Below, one piece after another: positions 49,224 to 57,714 of a stretch of 64,000 bases of DNA (positions within the stretch are counted from its first letter, which is position 1; the number at the start of each line of letters is the position of its first letter). The translations under genes were made by a program, and so were the position numbers. The notes below the pieces were generated by a model. It had not been told where the DNA came from and searched no databases. It saw nothing but the letters and a program-made list of their open reading frames with translations. The stretch lies in the IMG/VR virus record IMGVR_UViG_3300010403_000705, positions 186,001 to 250,000 of that record; one strand, given 5' to 3'.

Positions 49224-49899
49224 ATTTTTTGTCTTCTAATCCTTTTGAAATAAAAATTGAAAAATCAACATCATGCCGCTTTTTCAAAATGTTTAAAAAA
49301 TTCTCTGTAAGAGGTAGACAACATATCCACTCAGTTACCGAGTTGCAAGGTGTCATAAAATTTTCTTTATTTGATAATTCATGAAAATATTTAATATTTA
49401 AATAATTATAGATGCGTTTTAACCTTTTTAATCCTAAAAGTAAAGGAGAGTTGTTGTTCCATTTAGAATCATCATATATATAAGATCTTAAATAATTATC
49501 CACACCCAAAAAAGTTACCATAATATACGTTTTTTTTGTATCTTCATTAATTCCAATAATAAAATGTGCTATTTTGCTAAAACTAAGTATCTTATCTATA
49601 GATAATCCAAAATACAAATCAGTTGATGTAAGTATGCCATTATTACGTATTTTTAAATCATTATATATAATTTTAATTCTCTTATTTTTTACAATATTTA
49701 ATGAATTACCAAATTCATCAAACCATTCTTTATATAATTTAAGATTATATTTTTTTCTTTGTTCACCAAATAATTCTAAGGGTTTTAATCTACAAGATTT
49801 AATAATAAAAACTAGTTCTGGTATCTCAGTAAAAGCAGCTGCCAAAACTATTGCTTTGTGTATTTGTAAATAAAATTTTTCTAGAGATGGTGTTTTCAT
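49216..49899 (-). CDS. Hypothetical protein
   Basis: 227-aa ORF in the minus-strand operon. Confidence 0.7.
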   Translation of the reverse strand: MKTPSLEKFYLQIHKAIVLAAAFTEIPELVFIIKSCRLKPLELFGEQRKKYNLKLYKEWFDEFGNSLNIVKNKRIKIIYNDLKIRNNGILTSTDLYFGLSIDKILSFSKIAHFIIGINEDTKKTYIMVTFLGVDNYLRSYIYDDSKWNNNSPLLLGLKRLKRIYNYLNIKYFHELSNKENFMTPCNSVTEWICCLPLTENFLNILKKRHDVDFSIFISKGLEDKKYV

Positions 49900-50538
49900 T
49901 TAATCATCTAATAAAGACAAATCTAATCCCTCATAATCATTTTCAGATGAAGATATAGTATGTACTGCGGTTTTTATAAAAGGTAAATAATCTATACCTT
50001 TTTCTTCTACCAAGTTTCTATGTAGTAAATAACAATTTCTGCTATCAACTTTAGCATTATGCGCTTCTGATATTTTTTTTACACCAACAATATCACAAGC
50101 GGCGTGTAAATTAACCTTTGGTTTTATTATTCCATTTTTTTTTGCATATTCTTTGGTAAGAGAAATAGTGTCTAGCCATAAATGTGCTGGAAAAATATTA
50201 TTTTCACTTTCCCATAAAGCATGTAAAAACCTTCTATCAAAAGCAGCGTTGTGCGCAACTATTACTCTGTGCGCAGATGTCACCCCATCTTCTGCAAAGA
50301 ATTTATTACATTCCGATACTACAACAGATTTATCATAACCTTTATCTAAATCAGCTAATGTTTTTTTTGTAATAGTTAAAGCGTCGAAACTAGCACGCTC
50401 TGGATAAATACATTTTATACATCTATGTAATTGTACACGATCTTTTACTCTGATTATTCCTATTTCTGTCATTTCATGGAAATTAACTTTTAATCCTGTT
50501 GTTTCTGTATCAATTACATAATATTGGAGCCCTAACAT
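49900..50538 (-). CDS. DEDDh 3'-5' exonuclease (second copy)
   Basis: VIDTETTG, AHNAAFD, DTISL, HNAKVD. Confidence 0.88.
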   Translation of the reverse strand: MLGLQYYVIDTETTGLKVNFHEMTEIGIIRVKDRVQLHRCIKCIYPERASFDALTITKKTLADLDKGYDKSVVVSECNKFFAEDGVTSAHRVIVAHNAAFDRRFLHALWESENNIFPAHLWLDTISLTKEYAKKNGIIKPKVNLHAACDIVGVKKISEAHNAKVDSRNCYLLHRNLVEEKGIDYLPFIKTAVHTISSSENDYEGLDLSLLDD

Positions 50539-50542
50539 ATTT

Positions 50543-50824
50543 TCACCAAAATGCTTTCATCTTTTTTATTTTTTCTATTAGTAGTTTCATTTCATCCAAA
50601 TGGCTTGTTATTTTACGTTTATCCTCCATTTCTTCTATTATCGAAAGATCTGAATTTTTTAATTGTTCTATAAGAATACAAAATTCTTGATAATCCTCAA
50701 TTATATTCGTAATGTCATTGGGTGTTCCTACAACTAATTTTTTCTTAGCCATCTCATGAAATGACACTACAACATTTAGTATATGTTTATACGGATTCTT
50801 GATTATTTTTGTCTTTTTTGTCAT
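50543..50824 (-). CDS. Hypothetical protein with C-terminal tag (KIKKMKAFW)
   Basis: Tag at the stop. Confidence 0.72.
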   Translation of the reverse strand: MTKKTKIIKNPYKHILNVVVSFHEMAKKKLVVGTPNDITNIIEDYQEFCILIEQLKNSDLSIIEEMEDKRKITSHLDEMKLLIEKIKKMKAFW

Positions 50825-51297
50825 TTAAACATTTTCTCTTTTATAAACAAAGGTAGCATATTTTTTTTGTTAAAATATTCTAGTGTTTTTTGAGGAACAT
50901 ATTGTAAACCACTAATAATTTTTCTACAATTTATAGATCCACACTTACATTCCATTTGCCATTCGTCTAAGTTATCAGTTGAACTAGTAGAATAATCAAA
51001 AGTGATTTCTGTATTTTCTAGAATTACATACAGAGAATAAAGTATAGCTCTATTTCCAACTATATGTAGATAACAATTAGGATCACAACTATGATTAATT
51101 TCATCATCTATTCCGCCAGAGGGACCAATAAATAAGTTTGGAGCTACCTGTAACATAGCTGGATGTTGCGGTAAATTTTCCCCATTAAACAAATCTCCAG
51201 TTATTTCCATTATAGGAATGTTAGAGGGTATTTTTATTGTCGTAAACACTCCCTTTCCGATCTTGTTTGGAATAACTTTTAAATACTGATTATACAT
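50821..51297 (-). CDS. SET-domain protein with post-SET cysteines
   Basis: GKGVF, INHSCDPNC, EITFDY, CKCGSINCR. Confidence 0.9.
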   Translation of the reverse strand: MYNQYLKVIPNKIGKGVFTTIKIPSNIPIMEITGDLFNGENLPQHPAMLQVAPNLFIGPSGGIDDEINHSCDPNCYLHIVGNRAILYSLYVILENTEITFDYSTSSTDNLDEWQMECKCGSINCRKIISGLQYVPQKTLEYFNKKNMLPLFIKEKMFK

Positions 51298-51507
51298 TTA
51301 CCAAAATGCTTTCATATTAAAAAAAGAACTGATTTCCTTGCCTACAAAAATTGCACCATCTTTTTCTATAGAAATTAAATTATTTTTTTCAAAATTAAAC
51401 ATAATGCCACCACTTGTTATAGCAAGGGTATTTTTTTGTTTATTTTCTGCTATATCAAAATCAGAATCACATAAATTGACATATTTTATTAACTCACTCA
51501 ATATCAT
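51298..51507 (-). CDS. Hypothetical protein with C-terminal tag (FFNMKAFW)
   Basis: Stop abuts the SET start. Confidence 0.7.
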   Translation of the reverse strand: MILSELIKYVNLCDSDFDIAENKQKNTLAITSGGIMFNFEKNNLISIEKDGAIFVGKEISSFFNMKAFW

Positions 51508-51743
51508 ATCAAATTCCTAAAAAACTTAATCATATTACTTCCTGCATCATAAACTGTAATTTTTAGTTCTTTACGACCAATTAAACGATGTCTTACTCCA
51601 TTAGGAGATTGATTTTTGATTAAAGTCGTAGCTTGTTGAGGATCTTCTGCTAGAACACGATAAGTTAAAGTAGCCGGTAACAGACACTCTATTTTTACAT
51701 CATAATAGAATTTAGGTTTTTGTTCGGGATTGTTCATAAACAT
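51504..51743 (-). CDS. Hypothetical protein
   Basis: 79 aa in operon. Confidence 0.7.
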   Translation of the reverse strand: MFMNNPEQKPKFYYDVKIECLLPATLTYRVLAEDPQQATTLIKNQSPNGVRHRLIGRKELKITVYDAGSNMIKFFRNLI

Positions 51744-51758
51744 ATTTATATCAATGAT

Positions 51759-52469
51759 CTATAAGATCATAGAATCTACTAAGAAATAATATTTCACATC
51801 TGCTGGAGATAATGGAGATATTTTGAAAGGGGTCGGCTCTTTATTAAACCAATCAGTTCTTTTACAATTTAAGATATCTCTTCCTTCAGTGGCTAACAAT
51901 AACTTATCAGCCAATTTAACTGACTCTGGTTCTTCCTTGGGAAGGGAAAATCTAATACAAATTGCCGCCATTAATTTAGCTTCAACTTCTCTATAATTTT
52001 CAAATTTACCTGAATATTTTAATGGTCTACTGAAATCACTAATGTAAGCTTCACCTGCGTCATGCAACAATCCCCATAAACGATCTTTCCAATCACACAG
52101 ATAACTTACTAAAACAGAGTGCTGAGCTACACTATAAAATTCTTTCACATGCCCATTAAATCGACACTGCATAGATAGTGCCCTTGCTATATCTTGTATA
52201 ACAATAGTTTCAGGTTTAGGATTTAACGGAGTAAATCTTTGTCCAGAATAAGTCTGAATCCACGGCTCGTTAGGATCAAAAACACCTGAGCTGAACTCGT
52301 ATTTATTGATTTTATCAAGTTGATCTTTATTTTTTAATTCTGGATGTTCAGCGAAAAATTTCTCTATGACTAATTTTTCTTCTTCAGAGATTAGAGGTAG
52401 AAGATTGATATTCGACTTCTTATCCATTACTTCAATATTGGTTATTCCGCGATACTCTATTGTATTCAT
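51759..52469 (-). CDS. HD-domain phosphohydrolase (YfbR-like 5'-deoxynucleotidase family)
   Basis: DIARALSMQCRFNGH, YSVAQHS, LLHDAGEAYISD, KLADKLLLATE; possible 1-nt frameshift near the 3' end. Confidence 0.85.
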   Translation of the reverse strand: MNTIEYRGITNIEVMDKKSNINLLPLISEEEKLVIEKFFAEHPELKNKDQLDKINKYEFSSGVFDPNEPWIQTYSGQRFTPLNPKPETIVIQDIARALSMQCRFNGHVKEFYSVAQHSVLVSYLCDWKDRLWGLLHDAGEAYISDFSRPLKYSGKFENYREVEAKLMAAICIRFSLPKEEPESVKLADKLLLATEGRDILNCKRTDWFNKEPTPFKISPLSPADVKYYFLVDSMIL

Positions 52470-52494
52470 TTATTTATTCTTTCTTTCCTTCCTA

Positions 52495-53058
52495 TTATTT
52501 CTCATCGGTAGATCCAAAACCACCTTTTCTAAACGATTCCCTTTTTCTACATAAATCATCAAAATCCTCATTTGATATTTTATTGATATTCATCTCTATT
52601 CTTTTAAAGGGAATTATTTGGGCTATTGGTTCTCCAAATCTTATCGTCAATATATTTTTCCGCCAGTATCTTTGGCACGGTAAACCAATCGGATCATAAT
52701 CCGTAGCCATTTTCTCTTCTTCCTCGGGTAGATATTGTCCAGCAATTAATAATTCATTATTATAATGTTCGTCTATAATTCCTATTAGATTATGTATATA
52801 CTTTTTTGCAAAGGTTGAGCTTCTAGGATGCAGTTGAAACCACCAATGTTTTTCAGGAAACACTCTAAATCCTAGAGGTATTCTAAAATATTGTTTCGGT
52901 TGTAAAACAATATCTTTTCTATCAGTAGGTGCTGCTTTTACATCCCACCCTGTAGAATAAGGCTCTCCTTTTTGTGGTAAGAATAGATCGCCCGTGTCCT
53001 TCAAATCTTCTCTGATAGCAAACTTAAAAATTGGAATATTATCCATGTATCTCTCCAT
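52495..53058 (-). CDS. dut: Trimeric dUTPase with an insertion
   Basis: Motifs STGWDV, PRSS, GIIDEHY, IAQII, RKGGFGSTD. Confidence 0.85.
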   Translation of the reverse strand: MERYMDNIPIFKFAIREDLKDTGDLFLPQKGEPYSTGWDVKAAPTDRKDIVLQPKQYFRIPLGFRVFPEKHWWFQLHPRSSTFAKKYIHNLIGIIDEHYNNELLIAGQYLPEEEEKMATDYDPIGLPCQRYWRKNILTIRFGEPIAQIIPFKRIEMNINKISNEDFDDLCRKRESFRKGGFGSTDEK

Positions 53059-53120
53059 ATCTGAAAAAAATTTTAATCATAAAGTCAAAATTGTCAAGGG
53101 TATAAAATATCATATAGTTT

Positions 53121-53639
53121 ATGAAAATACCTTCTGCAATTATTTTTATTAACGCCGATTTATCAGATATTACTAAAAATAACTTAAAAACTCAACTAGA
53201 TATTACTGAAATTATGAATGATGTAGAATTTGATGCCCGAGTAAGAGCAGATCCAAACTACCCAATTTTTGTTCATTTAAATAATCAAAGAATACTAGTT
53301 ATTCGTCAGACTTTGCGGGATTATACAAATCGACAACTTGCGGATGTCGTATTATTTGTCAAGCAAGGTCTAGCTACAGTTTTACAAAATAATTTTGGAC
53401 CGCCCACACTCTCCTTACCTATAGATCGTATAAATATTTTTAATTTATTGGAAGGTATTAAAAATATTTATAGAACATTTATTTGTCGTAAATGTAAATG
53501 CTGCTGTAGGTGTTGTTGCTTTAAGCACTTACCAGTCCAATTACAACAAATGTTAATTAATCCATTTGATGCTAGTGGGGTACATGACGCTAATTGTGAC
53601 AATGAATATAATAATATAGATTTTATAAATAGGAAATAA
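53121..53639 (+). CDS. Hypothetical protein with Cys cluster
   Basis: CRKCKCCCRCCC near the C-terminus. Confidence 0.7.
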   Translation: MKIPSAIIFINADLSDITKNNLKTQLDITEIMNDVEFDARVRADPNYPIFVHLNNQRILVIRQTLRDYTNRQLADVVLFVKQGLATVLQNNFGPPTLSLPIDRINIFNLLEGIKNIYRTFICRKCKCCCRCCCFKHLPVQLQQMLINPFDASGVHDANCDNEYNNIDFINRK

Positions 53640-53698
53640 TGTTATAATATAACATCATAATAATAGAACAGTGTATTTATACAAGAAGGTAATTAGCA

Positions 53699-54409
53699 AT
53701 GACTGATACAAAATCTTTACTCAAAAAAGCAGAAGTATTCGAAAGGTTAGCAATCTATGGTAGTAGAAGAGCATTTCTTAATTCCATAGCGCAAAATTCT
53801 GATATGCCTAATCAACAATTTAGTAATGCTAGGAAATACTTGCAAATGGCTAAAGATACCGTAAGAGACGACGTATTATCTCAACTTAATGGTAATATAT
53901 CTTCTGCATTTTCCTCTGTACAATCAGCCCCATCAGACATACCAGCATTAGAGAAACAATTTAATACTTTAAATTCTATTAGAAATGCAATATATAGAAA
54001 AAGTAAAGATGATATTTCGGGAACTTCCAATCAAGTTGCTTTGACTATGGGAAAATATTTAGGTCTAGTTTCTGATTTACTCAAATCACTAAAAGAATCA
54101 AATTTAGAAGAGAATTTGTTGAATTCTTCAGTACAACCAGAACCACCTACTGAGGATGTTAAATCTGATGCCTGGCTGGGTAAAACACCTAGCAAAATTG
54201 ACCCTAAAGTTCAATCTTCATTAAATGAATTATTAGGAATTAAGCTCAAAACTGACGGATGGATAGGCGCACAAACAGCCGCCGCTTTACAAATGTATAA
54301 AAATAAATATAATAATACCAAACATGTATTTGACCCTTCTTTATATCAAGATGTCATCAATAGTGCCAATGATAAAAAATCTGGATTAATTAGAAATACG
54401 CCTTTCTAA
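53699..54409 (+). CDS. Protein with C-terminal peptidoglycan-binding-like domain and N-terminal KKAEVF...IAQ motif
   Basis: VQSSLNELLGIKLKTDGWIGAQTAAALQMYK matches the PG_binding_1 pattern (DG..G..T..A). Confidence 0.65.
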   Translation: MTDTKSLLKKAEVFERLAIYGSRRAFLNSIAQNSDMPNQQFSNARKYLQMAKDTVRDDVLSQLNGNISSAFSSVQSAPSDIPALEKQFNTLNSIRNAIYRKSKDDISGTSNQVALTMGKYLGLVSDLLKSLKESNLEENLLNSSVQPEPPTEDVKSDAWLGKTPSKIDPKVQSSLNELLGIKLKTDGWIGAQTAAALQMYKNKYNNTKHVFDPSLYQDVINSANDKKSGLIRNTPF

Positions 54410-54500
54410 TTAAATAAAATATATTTAAGTAACTCTCGACAAAAAGTTGGGGACTATATAATAGGGGAAGTAGTTACTATAATATATAAGAAATAATTTC

Positions 54501-55019
54501 TTATATAAATGCAGTCAATTTTCTTATTGCTTGTAACCATCTGACGATATCTATTAAGACGTCTATAGTAATAGAATTTCCATATTTGAATTGATTAAAA
54601 TATGAATTCCAATTACATTTACTAAATCTAGAATCTTTAGTAGAATCTAATTTATAAAGCATTTTACAATTTCCTCCAGCTTGTGTATGTGTTTTTTCTT
54701 CATAGATACACATGTTCATTTTTAAATCGGACATGTCCGATTTAGTATAATCTGACTTGGTGATTTTAATCAAAAAATCACCAACTTTGATTGTGTTAGA
54801 TTTTAGAATGAAATCTTTTATCTTGTCTTTTTTGACGTCTGTTAAATCAACCATACCTTTATCTTTTGATTTAATTTTCTGTTTAATTTCAGATTCTGCT
54901 GGAATCCATGTCTCTTGATATACATCATCCGATGATGTATCATGATACTGTTGATCGACTAGACTCTTAATTAAATTATAGTATTCTTCAGTAGTAAAAG
55001 ATGTAGATCGTTTTATCAT
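54501..55019 (-). CDS. Hypothetical protein with C-terminal tag (AIRKLTAFI)
   Basis: Tag at the stop. Confidence 0.7.
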   Translation of the reverse strand: MIKRSTSFTTEEYYNLIKSLVDQQYHDTSSDDVYQETWIPAESEIKQKIKSKDKGMVDLTDVKKDKIKDFILKSNTIKVGDFLIKITKSDYTKSDMSDLKMNMCIYEEKTHTQAGGNCKMLYKLDSTKDSRFSKCNWNSYFNQFKYGNSITIDVLIDIVRWLQAIRKLTAFI

Positions 55020-55064
55020 AATATATTAAATATAACTTAGTATTAATAACTTGGTATTATTGCT

Positions 55065-55718
55065 ATGAATTTGATAAAAATAGTTAGAATGGCTGATTTA
55101 TATTATGTATTAGCTACTAATAAATCAGAAAAACTTCCAGAGAATAGTAACTCTTTATCTATTATATTAAAAAATATAGAAAATTTAGATACCTACCAAG
55201 CCAGAAAAAAATATGCAGAAAAAAATTTAAAACATTTATCTTCAGGATCATCAAGGATTGTATACGAATCACCAGAAGGTACCATAATTAAAATAGCAAA
55301 AAATGATAAGGGTATTGCACAAAATGAAGCAGAGTCTAACCCACAAATGAAATCTGATTTCTTAAATAAAATTATTAAACACGCCAAAAATTTTTCATGG
55401 ATCGAGACTTTTTATTTGGATAAAATAACAGAAGAAGATTTTAAGGATATGACTAAGTTGAAATTTTCGGATTTTGGCGATTCAATTAGTTATGGTTTGC
55501 GAGAAGTATCAAAATCTTCTTCAAAAGATAAACCTAAAAATTTTGATGAGGTCTGCAAATCAAAAATCTACAAAGAAATGAAAAGAATTGGTGAAAAGTT
55601 TAAATTGATGCCTGGAGATATAGCTAGAATATCTTCTTGGGGCACTAAAAATAATAAACCAATTTTAATAGATGCTGGATTAACAAAAGATATTTTTGAT
55701 AAATTTTATGAAGATTAA
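55065..55718 (+). CDS. Protein-kinase-like fold protein
   Basis: LSSGSSRIVY (Gly loop), IIKIA, QNEAE, GDIARISSWG, ILIDAG. Confidence 0.6.
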   Translation: MNLIKIVRMADLYYVLATNKSEKLPENSNSLSIILKNIENLDTYQARKKYAEKNLKHLSSGSSRIVYESPEGTIIKIAKNDKGIAQNEAESNPQMKSDFLNKIIKHAKNFSWIETFYLDKITEEDFKDMTKLKFSDFGDSISYGLREVSKSSSKDKPKNFDEVCKSKIYKEMKRIGEKFKLMPGDIARISSWGTKNNKPILIDAGLTKDIFDKFYED

Positions 55719-55780
55719 GATTTTTGCGATTATGGGTGATTGTGCATAATATATCAAAATTTAATAAACTTATTGACTTT

Positions 55781-56314
55781 ATGAAGATCAATACAAATTG
55801 TGTATTTTGTGGTAATAAAACACCCTTTCTTTTTAAAGAATATATGCACGAAAATGATGAACATCTTACTTATAAGTTAGATAAAGATAATAATGTAAAT
55901 CTACAAATTAGTCAATCTACTTTAAGAAATTTACAAGCTGAAAAATCTGCTTTTGTTGGCGAAGATTTTCCTAATTATTTTGTGAATTGTAATTCACAAA
56001 ATAATAGTTACTCGATCAGTTTACGCACAGATCCTATGAAAACTTGTCCGTTATTTTTTAGTGATTCTGGAACTATTGCTCCTTTTGAATTTGATTTTTT
56101 AAGATTTGAAATAATAAAAAATCAAAATGATTCTACTATTATTGTGATTAATAATTATTTTCATAGAAAAACTTTTTTAATTGACATATCCACAAGCGAG
56201 ACTCATTCTTCCATGAGACGCAGTGATTTTGTTGAGTTACCATTAATAGATTTTGATTTTACTAATAAAGAAAAAATATCACAAAAAATTAAAACTTTAA
56301 TCACATTTTTATAA
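55781..56314 (+). CDS. Zinc-ribbon array member 1 (CVFC; ends KIKTLITFL)
   Basis: Likely start MKINTNC at 55781. Confidence 0.75.
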   Translation: MKINTNCVFCGNKTPFLFKEYMHENDEHLTYKLDKDNNVNLQISQSTLRNLQAEKSAFVGEDFPNYFVNCNSQNNSYSISLRTDPMKTCPLFFSDSGTIAPFEFDFLRFEIIKNQNDSTIIVINNYFHRKTFLIDISTSETHSSMRRSDFVELPLIDFDFTNKEKISQKIKTLITFL

Positions 56315-56895
56315 TGTTTTATAAAATACAAGACTTACTAGAGTATAAAAAATATTGTTCTATTTGTGATTACCCACTTTTGGCTATATTAAAAGATCGT
56401 AGTAGTGGAATACCAAATATAAATGTGAAGTTAAACAAAAATATATTCAAATTCAGATTACAATATACTTCAGCAAGTGATTACTTAAATGAAATTTGCA
56501 TTTTAAATGTAGATACTAATGAGTTAAGCATTCTCAACAAGGATAATGATTTATTAATCATACCGGTGGTAGAAAGAATTTTTGGATATGCTTGTGTGGC
56601 AGTAGAACTGCATTGCGTAAATAATAAATGCAAATATAATTATTACGTATGTACCACTTTCTTAAAACCAATTGCAAATAAGGATATTATAATTATTAAT
56701 CCAATTCTTATTGATATAGATTGCTATAATATCTCACATTTTTGGATTCAAAATGATTATTTAAATAAAATTACTAATATTTTTTCTACCTCTAAGCCGC
56801 AAAATAAACCCATTTCGGTTCCTTTATTGGAAATCGACCCCAATAACAAAAATAAAATTTTTAATAGAATTAAAACGATTGTTAATTTTTCTTGA
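56314..56895 (+). CDS. Zinc-ribbon array member 2 (CSIC; ends RIKTIVNFS)
   Basis: TAATG overlap with the upstream gene. Confidence 0.78.
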   Translation: MFYKIQDLLEYKKYCSICDYPLLAILKDRSSGIPNINVKLNKNIFKFRLQYTSASDYLNEICILNVDTNELSILNKDNDLLIIPVVERIFGYACVAVELHCVNNKCKYNYYVCTTFLKPIANKDIIIINPILIDIDCYNISHFWIQNDYLNKITNIFSTSKPQNKPISVPLLEIDPNNKNKIFNRIKTIVNFS

Positions 56896-57641
56896 AAAGA
56901 AAGATACCTGTCATGCAAGATTTTTTATTGTCTAATAAAGTATGTCCTATTTGTCAGAATCCATTAACCTTATTCATGAAATGGTCTAGCCATGATCTGG
57001 TTATTAATAAACTTTTTAAAGGATATGAAACAAAAGATAATACATATCAATTTAAAGAATACATTGCAGCTGCGCCAATTGCGGAAAATAATTTTCATTC
57101 TTCAGATGAAATGTTGAGAAATGTGAAAGTTCTGATGATTCTAAAATTTATTAATAATGAATGCAATTTTCAATTTAATTCTCTAATAGCAGAGAAAATG
57201 GCTAAAGAACAGGAAGAATTATTTTTTTATTATATATGTAATCCTGCCGGTATTAAACCAGATAATATGATTAATATTTATGAAGCGTGTTATTATAGAG
57301 CCACTCCTCTTATGAAATTTATTGAGGGAGATTCTAGTTTATTGAAAATAAAACAATTAGACGAAAAATATAATGTCATTAATAGTTTAGAGTCTTTTAC
57401 TATAAAAGACGAAACTACTGATTCTGAATTAAAAAAGATATATATAGTTTATTTAAATTATCTTGATGAAAAACTTTCTTTTTATTACTACACGGCTACT
57501 GCTGAACAAGAAGCGTCAGAACATTATAATCCTAATATTTTTGTGGGTGAAATTCCTATTCCCAAAAATGGATTAAATCTTGATTTAAACGCCAGAGATA
57601 AATTAATTTCTAGAATGGATTCTTGGATTCTTATGTCATAA
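56892..57641 (+). CDS. Zinc-ribbon array member 3 (CPIC; ends RMDSWILMS)
   Basis: TTGA overlap; start could be 56913. Confidence 0.75.
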   Translation: MKRKIPVMQDFLLSNKVCPICQNPLTLFMKWSSHDLVINKLFKGYETKDNTYQFKEYIAAAPIAENNFHSSDEMLRNVKVLMILKFINNECNFQFNSLIAEKMAKEQEELFFYYICNPAGIKPDNMINIYEACYYRATPLMKFIEGDSSLLKIKQLDEKYNVINSLESFTIKDETTDSELKKIYIVYLNYLDEKLSFYYYTATAEQEASEHYNPNIFVGEIPIPKNGLNLDLNARDKLISRMDSWILMS

Positions 57642-57714
57642 TAGACACTATTACCCATCCAGCATAGAAACCTAGAAAATTGACATCTTTCTATCGGAAT
57701 AAAAAAAAATTTAT

